Counted from the first letter of the stretch, positions 1 through 8,830 are shown. The stretch is DNA of 43,862 bases from Rhodoferax sp. OV413 (GCA_945885775.1 CAMCZF010000001.1:1-43862), one strand, 5' to 3'. A program made the numbers and translations. Notes: a model not told the origin generated them from the letters alone.

Positions 1-794
1 CACTCAAGGACGCGCTCAACGAGGCCATGCGCGACTGGGTCGCCAATGTGGACAACACCTTCTACATCATCGGCACCGTGGCCGGGCCGCACCCCTACCC
101 GATGATGGTGCGCGATTTCCAGAGCGTGATCGGCAAGGAATGCCTGGTACAAATGCCCGAGATGCTGGCCCAGCAGGGTTGTCGCGGGCCGCAGCCCGAT
201 GCGGTGATCGCCTGCGTCGGCGGCGGCAGCAATGCCATGGGCATTTTCCACCCCTACATCGCGCACGACGGCACCCGCCTGATCGGCGTGGAGGCGGCGG
301 GCGAAGGCATGGATTCGGGCCGCCATTCGGCCTCGCTGCAGCGGGGCAGCCCAGGCGTGCTGCACGGTAACCGCACCTATGTGCTGCAGGACGACAATGG
401 TCAGGTCACCGAAACCCACAGCATCAGCGCCGGCCTGGACTATCCCGGCGTCGGCCCGGAACACGCCTTCCTCAAGGACATCGGCCGTGCCGAGTACGTT
501 GGCATCACCGACACGGAAGCGCTGGCGGCCTTTCACTACCTGTGCCGCACCGAGGGCATCATCCCGGCGCTCGAGTCCAGCCACGCCGTGGCCTACGCCA
601 TGCAACTGGCCAAGACCATGCGCCCGGACCAGTCCATCCTGGTCAACCTGTCAGGCCGGGGCGACAAGGACATCGGCACGGTGGCCGACCTTAGCAACGG
701 CGACTTTTACTGCCGCCCCAGCTGCCAGGGCCAGTCGGTCAAGGGCGGCGGGGTGCAATTGGTGTCACTGGCGGCCTTGGGAGCCAAAGCATGA
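1..794 (+). CDS. trpB: Tryptophan synthase beta chain, 5' end outside window
   Basis: Frame open from position 3 ([12 protein letters not shown]...). Motifs [50 protein letters not shown]. Stop overlaps trpA start (ATGA). Confidence 0.98.
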   Translation, partial: LKDALNEAMRDWVANVDNTFYIIGTVAGPHPYPMMVRDFQSVIGKECLVQMPEMLAQQGCRGPQPDAVIACVGGGSNAMGIFHPYIAHDGTRLIGVEAAGEGMDSGRHSASLQRGSPGVLHGNRTYVLQDDNGQVTETHSISAGLDYPGVGPEHAFLKDIGRAEYVGITDTEALAAFHYLCRTEGIIPALESSHAVAYAMQLAKTMRPDQSILVNLSGRGDKDIGTVADLSNGDFYCRPSCQGQSVKGGGVQLVSLAALGAKA

Positions 795-1615
795 GCCGCA
801 TTGCCAGCACGCTGGCGGCGCTCAAGCAGCAGGGCAAGAAGGCGCTGATCCCCTATGTCACCGCCGGCTACCCGTTTGCCGACGTCACGCCGGAGCTGAT
901 GCACGCCATGGTGGCCGGCGGCGCCGACATCATTGAACTTGGCGTCCCGTTCTCCGACCCCAGCGCCGATGGCCCGGTAATCCAGAAGGCCGGCGACCGT
1001 GCGCTGGCGCTGGGCATCGGCATGGTGCAGGTGCTGGCCATGGTCCGAGCCTTCCGCGCCACCAACAGCACAACGCCGGTGGTCCTGATGGGCTACGCCA
1101 ACCCGGTCGAACGCTACAACCAGAAACATGCCCGCGCCGATGGTGCCAGCGCCTTTGTGCACGACGCCGCAGCGGCGGGCGTGGACGGCGTGCTGGTGGT
1201 GGACTACCCGCCCGAAGAGTGCGAAGACTTTGCCGCTGAGCTGGCCCGCCACGGCCTGGACCTGATCTTCCTGCTGGCGCCCACCAGCACCGACGAGCGG
1301 ATGGCCCAGGTGGCACGGGTGGCCACAGGTTACGTTTACTACGTGTCGCTCAAGGGCGTGACTGGGGCCGGCACTCTGGACACCGCCGCCGTAGAGGCCA
1401 TGCTGCCACGCATCCGCCAGTTTGTCAGCGTGCCGGTGGGCGTGGGCTTTGGCATCCGCGATGCTGCCACCGCCAAGACCATCTCCAAAGTAGCCGACGC
1501 CGTGGTGATTGGCAGCAAAATCATCCAGCTGCTGGAAGACCAGCCGCGTGAAAAGGTGGCTGCCACTGCGCAAAAGTTTTTAAGCGAGATTCGCCTGGCG
1601 TTGGACGCGGGCTGA
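791..1615 (+). CDS. trpA: Tryptophan synthase alpha chain
   Basis: Motifs [44 protein letters not shown]. Follows trpB. Confidence 0.98.
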   Translation: MSRIASTLAALKQQGKKALIPYVTAGYPFADVTPELMHAMVAGGADIIELGVPFSDPSADGPVIQKAGDRALALGIGMVQVLAMVRAFRATNSTTPVVLMGYANPVERYNQKHARADGASAFVHDAAAAGVDGVLVVDYPPEECEDFAAELARHGLDLIFLLAPTSTDERMAQVARVATGYVYYVSLKGVTGAGTLDTAAVEAMLPRIRQFVSVPVGVGFGIRDAATAKTISKVADAVVIGSKIIQLLEDQPREKVAATAQKFLSEIRLALDAG

Positions 1616-1730
1616 CGGTTTGCAAATGCACTATGCCCCAGGTACAGTTAGTGCGCTTACGGAAGGGGAGAAAATGCCAATTGAGTGGGCCACAGTCGCC
1701 ATACCAAGTGAGTACATTGCAAGGTTTTTT

Positions 1731-1786
1731 GCTATTTTTATATCAGTGACTTATGCAATATCCAAGTGGGTTACGATGATTTTCAT
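1731..1786 (+). repeat. Degenerate copy (E) of the ~56-bp dispersed element
   Basis: GCTATTTTTATATCAGT GACTTATGCAATATC CAAGTGGGTTACGATGATTTTCAT aligns without gaps to the other copies, including CAAT at spacer positions 9-12. Right arm of core and tail are degenerate. Confidence 0.55.
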
Positions 1787-1833
1787 TGCTTCTTCGACCT
1801 GAATAGCACACGAGGGTTTGAGGACTAAAACAC

Positions 1834-2340
1834 GTCAGGCCTTTCAATACATGCCGTCTAAGCGCCACCCCCTTCCTCAGTTTCTTACCGGTCGCGTCTC
1901 CCAGCTGGTTTATGAGAGGTGGCTTTCCCGCAAGGCGGCCGCCCACCTAAAACGGGACCAAAAGCGCGGCTATGAGGACGTTTCCGGCTCGCTGTATCGC
2001 GATCAGATTCACGATGCAGTGTTGGCGAGCGAAGGCCTGGACTACTACACAGGGGAAGAGCTCGATTGGAGTCTTCTTAGCAAGTACAACAACGAAGATT
2101 CAGCCGCAGGCAAGCACACTTACAAGGCGGGATTCGCGCTTCTCCCCACGATCGACCATATCGAGTCTGCTCGCATGAACTCAGGGTTTCACATCTGCGG
2201 CTGGCGAACTAATGACGCAAAGCACGACCTGACACACCACGAGTTCATTCAGCTTTGTAAACTCGTACTCCAGAAGGCAGGGTTAAATGTCACCAGCGAG
2301 GCCTAACACCTCGCTCAACCGGACCCGCTATGGCAAGCCT
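1834..2340 (+). mobile_element. Relic integron-type gene cassette (single ORF plus truncated attC), no integrase in window
   Basis: Stop codon lies inside GCCTAAC (RYYYAAC, 2301-2307), followed by ACCTCGCTCAACCGGACCCGCTATGGCAAG (R''-spacer-L'' pattern). GTCAGGC at 1834-1840 is one mismatch from the complementary GTTAGGC and ends 10 nt before the ATG. The right half of attC is absent. Confidence 0.65.
1851..2306 (+). CDS. Hypothetical protein with HNH/His-Me finger endonuclease-like C-terminal motif (151 aa from ATG 1851; TTG 1818 is an alternative start)
   Basis: Pattern G-x-D-YYTGEEL...PTIDHIE...FHIC-x-W-x-x-N-x-x-K-x-DL...EFIQLC. Codon usage is visibly richer in A/T-ending codons than the flanking core genes. 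Confidence 0.6.
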   Translation: MPSKRHPLPQFLTGRVSQLVYERWLSRKAAAHLKRDQKRGYEDVSGSLYRDQIHDAVLASEGLDYYTGEELDWSLLSKYNNEDSAAGKHTYKAGFALLPTIDHIESARMNSGFHICGWRTNDAKHDLTHHEFIQLCKLVLQKAGLNVTSEA

Positions 2341-2379
2341 GCAGTTAAAAACTGGCATCGCATCAGCAACCACCCCAGA

Positions 2380-2575
2380 AAAACCACCCGAGGCTGCGCT
2401 GCGCGCCACCCTTTTGACGCTGCCGAGCAGCGCAGCGGCTGGCGGATCAAGAGGCTCAGATGTTTGAGCCCGCAAGGCGAGTTTCTGAGCCTCCCGCCGG
2501 GCGCGAGCAGCGCAGGGGAGTCGCGACAGCGACCAGCGGCTTAGGGTGGCGCGCAGCGCAGCCTCGGGTGGTTTT
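2380..2575. repeat. 196-bp structured element with perfect 33-bp terminal inverted repeats (REPIN/MITE-like)
   Basis: AAAACCACCCGAGGCTGCGCTGCGCGCCACCCT (2380-2412) is the exact reverse complement of 2543-2575. Inner stem GAGGCTCAGA (2451-2460)/TCTGAGCCTC (2484-2493). Direct repeat GAGCAGCGCAG at 2425 and 2505. Confidence 0.85.
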
Positions 2576-2667
2576 GGCCGAAGCCGCCGGAATACTGGAG
2601 AGCAACACGCCGTTGTCGGATAATGCCTCGATGTTGGACGCCCTTGGGAACCGAACTGGAGACCGCT

Positions 2668-3540
2668 ATGAGCTGGCTTGAAAAACTGCTGCCCCCGAAG
2701 ATTCAACACACCGATCCGGCAGACCGGCGCAGCGTGCCCGAAGGACTGTGGATCAAATGTCCCAGTTGCGAGACAGTGCTGTACAAGACCGACCTGGAGC
2801 ACAACCAAAATGTCTGCCCGACCTGCAGCCACCACCACCGCATCGGGGCGAGGGCCCGGCTTAACCTGTTTTTGGACAATGAAGGGCGCTATGAGATCGG
2901 GCAGGAGGTGCTGCCTGTGGATGCCCTCAAGTTCAAGGACAGCCGCAAGTACCCGGAACGGCTCAAGGAAGCTTTGGAGAACACCGGCGAGACCGACGCG
3001 CTGGTGGTGATGGGCGGCGCTGTGCTGGGCATCGGCGTGGTGGCAGCCTGCTTTGAGTTCGAGTTCATGGGTGGCAGCATGGGTTCGGTGGTGGGTGAGC
3101 GATTTGTACGCGGCGTACACACCGCCATCGAGCAAAAAGTACCCTTCATCTGCTTCACCTCCACCGGTGGTGCGCGCATGCAAGAGGGCTTGCTAAGCCT
3201 GATGCAAATGGCCAAGACCAACGCTTCGCTGACGCGGCTGGCCAAAAAAGGCCTGCCCTATATCAGTGTGCTGACCGACCCCACCATGGGAGGCGTCAGC
3301 GCCGGTTTTGCGTTCTTGGGCGATGTGGTGGTCGCCGAGCCCAAGGCCTTGATCGGCTTTGCCGGCCCGCGTGTGATCGAGTCGACGGTGCGCGTGACGC
3401 TGCCTGAGGGCTTCCAGCGGTCTGAGTTTCTGCAAACCAAGGGGGCGATCGACTTCATCTGCGACCGGCGTGAACTGCGTAAAACCCTGGCCAGCACCCT
3501 GGCCATGCTGCAGCGCCAGCCCGCCGAGGCCGTAGGTTGA
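2668..3540 (+). CDS. accD: Acetyl-CoA carboxylase carboxyltransferase beta subunit
   Basis: MSWLEKLLP start with GGAG RBS. C4 zinc finger (CPSC...CPTC), [28 protein letters not shown]. Confidence 0.97.
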   Translation: MSWLEKLLPPKIQHTDPADRRSVPEGLWIKCPSCETVLYKTDLEHNQNVCPTCSHHHRIGARARLNLFLDNEGRYEIGQEVLPVDALKFKDSRKYPERLKEALENTGETDALVVMGGAVLGIGVVAACFEFEFMGGSMGSVVGERFVRGVHTAIEQKVPFICFTSTGGARMQEGLLSLMQMAKTNASLTRLAKKGLPYISVLTDPTMGGVSAGFAFLGDVVVAEPKALIGFAGPRVIESTVRVTLPEGFQRSEFLQTKGAIDFICDRRELRKTLASTLAMLQRQPAEAVG

Positions 3541-4107
3541 TCAGACGGTCAGCAATACCAGGCCCTGCAGGTGGCCCAGCACAATGGCAGCTACCTGCAG
3601 CAAGACCAGCAGCGCCAAGGGCGACAGGTCAACACCGCCGACCAGCGGCACCAGGCGCCGAATCGGCGTTAACGGCGGCGCACACAGGCGCTCCACCACG
3701 TCTGCCATGACGGACGCGGTCTGCACCCAGGACAGGACGGCGTAGACAATCAGCAGCCCGGTCAAACCCGAAATCGCCAAACGCACCACCCCAAACCCAG
3801 CCAGGATAGGCACAGCAAACAGGCCATCGTCGGCACCGGCGAGCAGCCACAACACCATGAACTGCGCCAACTGCAACAGGTAAGCCCCCGCCAGACTGGC
3901 TGTGTCCAATGCGCCCACCGCAGGCAGCACCCGACGCAAGGGCAGCACCAGCCAGTCGGTCAGGGCGAACACAAAACGACCCAGCGGATTGCCCGAGCGT
4001 GCTGACATGGGGATGCGCTGGTGCTGCATGTACACCCGCAGCAGGCAGCTGCCGCCCACCACGCCGGTCACCACTTCGAGCAGCAGGGAAATAATCTGAT
4101 AGAGCAT
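3541..4107 (-). CDS. yggT: YggT family membrane protein
   Basis: Two YGGT-type repeats (NPLGRFVFALTDWLVLPLRRVLP; PIRRLVPLVGGVDLSPL), hydrophobic. Start taken at ATG 4107. Confidence 0.9.
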   Translation of the reverse strand: MLYQIISLLLEVVTGVVGGSCLLRVYMQHQRIPMSARSGNPLGRFVFALTDWLVLPLRRVLPAVGALDTASLAGAYLLQLAQFMVLWLLAGADDGLFAVPILAGFGVVRLAISGLTGLLIVYAVLSWVQTASVMADVVERLCAPPLTPIRRLVPLVGGVDLSPLALLVLLQVAAIVLGHLQGLVLLTV

Positions 4108-4132
4108 GATGAGGTTGGGTAAAACTTCCCGA

Positions 4133-4164
4133 ATCATAGCGACCCGGCGCCAGCCAACTAAAAT
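4133..4164. promoter_or_regulatory. Candidate divergent sigma70 -10 elements for yggT and lysS
   Basis: TATGAT on the minus strand (4133-4138) and TAAAAT on the plus strand (4159-4164) in the short divergent intergenic region. Confidence 0.45.
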
Positions 4165-4202
4165 CAATGGTTGTCCCACCGCCCGATGCGAGCACCAGCC
4201 CC

Positions 4203-5762
4203 ATGTCTGAAACCACGACCCACGCCCCCGTCCACGACGAGAACCAGCTCATGCTGGAGCGGCGTGACAAACTCAAAGCCATCCGCGCACTGCAGGCGCA
4301 GGGTCATGGCGTGGCTTTCCCCAATGACTTCAAGCCGACCGACCGTGCCGATGCACTCTTCGCTGCGCATGCTGGCCAGACTCCAGAGGGCCTACTGGCC
4401 CAGGGCAGCGTGGCCAAAGTGGCCGGTCGCATGATGCTTAAGCGGGTGATGGGCAAGGCCAGCTTCTGCACGCTGCAAGACAGCACTGGCCGCATCCAGA
4501 TCTATATTAAGGGCGAGGACGTGGGTGAGGCGGTGTATGCCAGCTTCAAACACTGGGATCTGGGCGACATCGTGGCAGCCGAAGGCACGATGTTCAAGAC
4601 CAAGACCGGCGAGCTGTCGATCCACGCTACCCAGGTGCGCCTGCTGACCAAAAGCCTGCGCCCCATGCCCGACAAGTTCCACGGCATCGCCGACCAGGAA
4701 GTGAAGTACCGGCAGCGCTATGTCGACCTGATGATGGACGAGACGGCGCGCCAGCGCTTCACGGCGCGCAGCAAGGCTGTGAGCGGCATCCGCGAGTTCA
4801 TGGTGGCGCACAACTTCTTGGAAGTCGAGACGCCCATGCTGCACCCGATCCCCGGCGGCGCCAATGCCCGGCCCTTTACCACTCACCATAACGCGCTGGA
4901 CCAGCAAATGTTTTTGCGCATCGCTCCTGAGCTCTACCTCAAACGGCTGATCGTGGGAGGCTTTGAGCGGGTGTTCGAGATCAACCGTAACTTCCGCAAT
5001 GAAGGCATCTCGGTGCGGCACAACCCCGAGTTCACCATGATGGAGTTCTACGCGGCCTACTGGGACTACCAGGACCTCATGACTTTCACCGAAAGCCTGG
5101 TGCGCGACGCCGCGCGCAAGGCCGTGGACACGCTGCAGCTCAGCTACGACGGCAAACCGGTGGACCTGGCCCTGCCCTTTGAGCGGCTCACCATCCGCGA
5201 GGCCATCGTCAAATACACCGAAGCGGCACTGACGCTTGACGATGGCAGTGGCCTGAGGGTCGACAACCCGGCTTGGCTGATCAACGCTTTACGCAGGCTC
5301 GGCCTGTCGGAAGCCAAACACAAGCTCTCGGGCCGCTCGCTGGCCAGCCTGCAAGTGCTGTACTTTGAGGAAACCGTGGAAGACAAGCTCTGGCAGCCCA
5401 CCTTTATTTGCGAGCATCCGGTGGAAATCTCACCGCTGGCGCGCGAGAGCGACCACAAACCCGGTGTGACCGAGCGCTTCGAGCTCTACATCACCGGGCG
5501 CGAGTTCGGCAACGGCTTTTCAGAGCTGAACGACGCCGAAGAACAAGCGGCACGGTTTCATGCCCAGGTCGAGGCCAAGGACAGTGGCGATGACGAGGCC
5601 ATGTACTTCGACCACGACTTTGTACGGGCGCTGGAGTACGGCATGCCACCCACCGGCGGCTGCGGCATTGGCATCGACCGGCTGATGATGCTGCTGACCG
5701 ACAGCCCGAGCATCCGCGACGTGATCCTGTTCCCTGCCCTGCGCCGCGAGGGCGGGCACTGA
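4203..5762 (+). CDS. lysS: Lysine--tRNA ligase (class II)
   Basis: OB-fold ([15 protein letters not shown]), [54 protein letters not shown]. Confidence 0.98.
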   Translation: MSETTTHAPVHDENQLMLERRDKLKAIRALQAQGHGVAFPNDFKPTDRADALFAAHAGQTPEGLLAQGSVAKVAGRMMLKRVMGKASFCTLQDSTGRIQIYIKGEDVGEAVYASFKHWDLGDIVAAEGTMFKTKTGELSIHATQVRLLTKSLRPMPDKFHGIADQEVKYRQRYVDLMMDETARQRFTARSKAVSGIREFMVAHNFLEVETPMLHPIPGGANARPFTTHHNALDQQMFLRIAPELYLKRLIVGGFERVFEINRNFRNEGISVRHNPEFTMMEFYAAYWDYQDLMTFTESLVRDAARKAVDTLQLSYDGKPVDLALPFERLTIREAIVKYTEAALTLDDGSGLRVDNPAWLINALRRLGLSEAKHKLSGRSLASLQVLYFEETVEDKLWQPTFICEHPVEISPLARESDHKPGVTERFELYITGREFGNGFSELNDAEEQAARFHAQVEAKDSGDDEAMYFDHDFVRALEYGMPPTGGCGIGIDRLMMLLTDSPSIRDVILFPALRREGGH

Positions 5763-5769
5763 GCCGCAT

Positions 5770-6300
5770 TTGAACTACCTGGGCCACTACGCCCCCGAGC
5801 TGCAAGCGCGGGTGCAGGGGCTGCTCACCCAGGGCGAGCTGGGCGCCTGGCTGCTGGCGCGCTACCCGAAGGCCCACGGCCTGCGCACCGACCGCGCGCT
5901 GTACGACTACATCCAGGGCCTGAAAACCGAGTTTTTGCGCGGCGCCGAACCGCTGAGCCGGGCCTGCTTTGACAGCAAACTGCACACCGTGGCACACGCC
6001 CTGGGCACCCACACCGCGGTATCGCGGGTGCAGGGCTCGCGCCTCAAAGCCAAACGCGAAATCCGCGTCGCGGCGCTGTTCAAGGACACACCCCTGCCAT
6101 TTTTGACCATGATCGCGGTGCACGAGCTGGCCCACTTCAAGGAACGCGAACACAACCGCGCTTTCTACCAGCTCTGCGCCCACATGGCAACCGAATACCA
6201 CCAGCTCGAGTTTGACCTGCGGGTTTACCTGACGCACCTGGAGTCCGGTGGTGCCAAGCTGTGGGTAGCGCCGAGTGCGGAGGGGCGGCCAACGGACTGA
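5770..6300 (+). CDS. YgjP-like (M48/DUF45) zinc metallopeptidase-domain protein
   Basis: HELAH (HEXXH) followed by EREHNRAFY. TTG start 7 nt after the lysS stop. Confidence 0.8.
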   Translation: MNYLGHYAPELQARVQGLLTQGELGAWLLARYPKAHGLRTDRALYDYIQGLKTEFLRGAEPLSRACFDSKLHTVAHALGTHTAVSRVQGSRLKAKREIRVAALFKDTPLPFLTMIAVHELAHFKEREHNRAFYQLCAHMATEYHQLEFDLRVYLTHLESGGAKLWVAPSAEGRPTD

Positions 6301-6428
6301 GGTTTGAGGCACTCCGGTCTTGATCAGATCCATCAGCGGAATGCGGGCACCATGGTTGGAGAGCAGCTGGGGGAACAATACAGCGGTAGTTGAACGAACA
6401 CCTGCGCCGCGCACCAACCCTCGCGCCA

Positions 6429-6522
6429 GATCAGGGTGGTGGGGCGTTCGGCGCAGCGGCATCAAGGAGGAGCCCAACGGGCGGGGGACAGCCGCGGAGC
6501 CGAATGCCCCGCCGGCCTGATC
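6429..6522. repeat. 94-nt imperfect long hairpin between convergent genes
   Basis: Nested complementarity: GATCAGG/CCTGATC, GGGGCGTTCGGC/GCCGAATGCCCC, GCGGC/GCCGC, inner GCCC-AAC-GGGC. Confidence 0.65.
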
Positions 6523-6542
6523 CTAGAAGTCAGCGCCAGAGC

Positions 6543-6905
6543 TCAGCCACCCGAGCGCTTGACCACGTAGCCAAGAGCCACCAAGGATGCCATCACCCGC
6601 TCCACGTGGTCGCCCTGCACCTCGATCACCCCATCCTTGACCGTGCCACCCGAGCCACAAGCCGCCTTGAGTTGCTTACCCAAAGCGGTCAGTTCAGCGG
6701 GCGCCAGCGGCAGGCCCTTGACCAGCGTGACGCCCTTGCCAGCCCGGCCCTTGGTCTCGCGTGACACGCGCACCACGCCATCGCCAACCGGCTGGGGACG
6801 GGCGCTGCGGCAAACGCACTGCGCCAGAGGCTGACGGCACACCGGGCACATACGGCCGGTCTCGGTGGAGTAGACCAGGCCGCCAGAGGAGGAACGAGAC
6901 TTCAT
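6543..6905 (-). CDS. yciH: Translation initiation factor SUI1/eIF1 homolog
   Basis: LVYSTETGR, RETKGRAGKGVTLV, LKAACGSGGTVKDGVIEVQGDH. N-terminal CPVC...CVC. Confidence 0.93.
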   Translation of the reverse strand: MKSRSSSGGLVYSTETGRMCPVCRQPLAQCVCRSARPQPVGDGVVRVSRETKGRAGKGVTLVKGLPLAPAELTALGKQLKAACGSGGTVKDGVIEVQGDHVERVMASLVALGYVVKRSGG

Positions 6906-6910
6906 GGGCA

Positions 6911-6966
6911 GCTATTCTATTTGTAGCTGAAACCCCAATACCGACGGGGGCTATGTGCCAAAATCA
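6911..6966 (+). repeat. Copy A of the ~56-bp dispersed element
   Basis: GCTATTCTATTTGTAGC TGAAACCCCAATACC GACGGGGGCTATGTGCCAAAATCA, in the divergent yciH intergenic region. Confidence 0.85.
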
Positions 6967-6999
6967 TGTCCTATCAAACATCCGCTAGGAACCACGCCA

Positions 7000-7227
7000 A
7001 TGTCACGTCCAAGCCTTTGGGCTCCCAAGGTGGCCAGCCTGATCCAGGGCGGCAACAGCGCCGCCGCACTGGCACAGATCAAGGTAGCGCCCAGTGTGAA
7101 AGACCTGCAGGATTTGCGCAAGCTGCTGGGCCAAGGCCAACTGCTGGCCAAGCACCCAGCGATCGACCAGGCCACCGCCGACCAGATTGCGGCTCTGTCC
7201 GCGCCACGACTGCACCGCTCACCCTGA
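7000..7227 (+). CDS. Small hypothetical protein (75 aa)
   Basis: AGGA RBS at 6987-6990, host-like GC-ending codons, fills the gap between yciH and nagZ. No recognised motif. Confidence 0.65.
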   Translation: MSRPSLWAPKVASLIQGGNSAAALAQIKVAPSVKDLQDLRKLLGQGQLLAKHPAIDQATADQIAALSAPRLHRSP

Positions 7228-7256
7228 GCCGCTCGGGGTGCCAAATGCCGATCAGC

Positions 7257-8339
7257 TCAGGGCAGCAGCCCGAGCGCGTGCATGTAGTCGGGCTGCACCA
7301 TCAATTCGCCCCATTCCAGCGCCGGGCCACGCGGCAACAGGGCCAGACGGCGTTCCTCGCTGCCCTCCCAGGGTTGCCACTCCTCTTTGAGCTGGGCCTC
7401 GGTCAGGCCGCTGATCAGGGCATCCAACACCGCACCGCCGCCCAGCGACTGGTTGCACAGCAGCACCAGGTCGCAGCCGGCATTGAGTGCGGCCACGGCG
7501 GCCTGGGCGTGGCTGACCGGCGCACCGTCAAGCACGCGGGCACCGGCCATCGACAGATCGTCACTGAACACCGCGCCGCCAAAACCGAGCTGGCCGCGCA
7601 GGATGTCGCCCAGCCAGCGCTGCGAAAAACCGGCTGCTCGGGCATCAACCTTGGGGTAGACCACGTGCGCTGGCATCACTGACGACAGGGTGGTGTTCAG
7701 CCAGCCATAGGGCGCAGCGTCCTCAGACAGGATGGCTTTAAGGCTGCGTCGGTCCACCGGCAGATCGGTGTGGGAATCAGCGCGTACAAAGCCGTGACCC
7801 GGAAAATGCTTGCCGCAGTTGGCCATGCCGCTTTGCAGCAGGCCGTGCATCAGGCTTTTGGCCAGCAGGCTGACCACGCGCGGGTCGCGGCCAAAAGCGC
7901 GGTCGCCGATGACGCCGCTGGCGCCATAGTCCAGGTCCAGCACCGGCGTGAAACTCAAATCGACGCCGCAGGCGCGCAGCTCGGCGCCCAGCACGTAACC
8001 GCAGGCGGTGGCGGCATTGGTGGCGCGCATGGCACCACTGCCCTCCCCGCCCTGGCCGTCTTGCAACCAGAGCTCACCCAGTGCCCGCATTGGCGGCAGG
8101 TGGGTGAAACCGTCGGTCTTGAAGCGCTGCACCCGGCCACCTTCGTGGTCCACACAAATCAAGAGGTCAGCGCGCAGTTTCTTGATGCTGCGGCAAAGGG
8201 CGCTGAGTTGCGCCCGGTCCTGCCAGTTGCGTGCAAACAGAATCAGCCCACCTACCAGTGGGTGCTTGAGGCGCTGCCGGTCAAGCTTATTTAGGCTCAC
8301 GCCTTCAATGTCGATGATGAGGGGAGCGTGTTGGGTCAT
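7257..8339 (-). CDS. nagZ: Beta-N-acetylhexosaminidase (GH3)
   Basis: VDHEGGRVQRF, KHFPGHG...DSH, FSDDLSMAGA. Follows acpS. Confidence 0.96.
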   Translation of the reverse strand: MTQHAPLIIDIEGVSLNKLDRQRLKHPLVGGLILFARNWQDRAQLSALCRSIKKLRADLLICVDHEGGRVQRFKTDGFTHLPPMRALGELWLQDGQGGEGSGAMRATNAATACGYVLGAELRACGVDLSFTPVLDLDYGASGVIGDRAFGRDPRVVSLLAKSLMHGLLQSGMANCGKHFPGHGFVRADSHTDLPVDRRSLKAILSEDAAPYGWLNTTLSSVMPAHVVYPKVDARAAGFSQRWLGDILRGQLGFGGAVFSDDLSMAGARVLDGAPVSHAQAAVAALNAGCDLVLLCNQSLGGGAVLDALISGLTEAQLKEEWQPWEGSEERRLALLPRGPALEWGELMVQPDYMHALGLLP

Positions 8340-8358
8340 GAAGATATCCAGGGATTTT

Positions 8359-8414
8359 GCTATATATTTTATAGCTATATCGCTATATTTGACGGGGCCT
8401 AGAGGCCTATTTAA
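8359..8414 (+). repeat. Copy B of the ~56-bp dispersed element; tail overlaps acpS stop codon
   Basis: GCTATATATTTTATAGC TATATCGCTATATTT GACGGGGCCTAGAGGCCTATTTAA. Confidence 0.85.
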
Positions 8415-8809
8415 TCATTATTTTTTTCTACCACCACAAAGCTGGCGGCGTAGTCGGTTTCATCCGTCACAGTCACATGGGCACGAAGGCCTTGGCCCTC
8501 AAACCAGGTTTTCAGGCCGCCATGCAGCACGATCACAGGCTGGCCGCTCGGCAGCTTGCCCACCTCGCACAGGCGCCAGCTCATCGGCATGCGCATGCCC
8601 AGGCCAATTGCCTTGCTGAAAGCCTCCTTGGCGCTGAAGCGGGTAGCCAGGTAGCGGAGGCCGCGTTCGGGCCAGCGGGCACTGCGGCTGCGCCAGGTGA
8701 CCAGTTCGGCGTCACTGAGGATTTTTTGGGCGAAACGCTCGCCATGGCGCTCTAAGCTGGCGCGGATGCGGCGCACGTCACAAATGTCGGTGCCAATGCC
8801 GTAAATCAT
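8411..8809 (-). CDS. acpS: Holo-[acyl-carrier-protein] synthase
   Basis: [24 protein letters not shown]. Position after pdxJ. Confidence 0.96.
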   Translation of the reverse strand: MIYGIGTDICDVRRIRASLERHGERFAQKILSDAELVTWRSRSARWPERGLRYLATRFSAKEAFSKAIGLGMRMPMSWRLCEVGKLPSGQPVIVLHGGLKTWFEGQGLRAHVTVTDETDYAASFVVVEKNND

Positions 8810-8830
8810 CTGCCGTGCAGCTCAGCGGTT

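Noticed and set aside
2380-2575. CRISPR array, tRNA or autonomous IS interpretation of the repeat-rich segment
   Set aside because: No regularly spaced direct repeats with unique spacers, no cloverleaf, no transposase, and no cas genes in the window.
2633-2639. GTTGGAC (GTTRRRY) as the missing right end of attC; also GTTAAAA at 2344
   Set aside because: Neither is complementary to GCCTAAC with a proper L' box. The 2633 site is over 300 nt away, in the likely accD promoter/leader.
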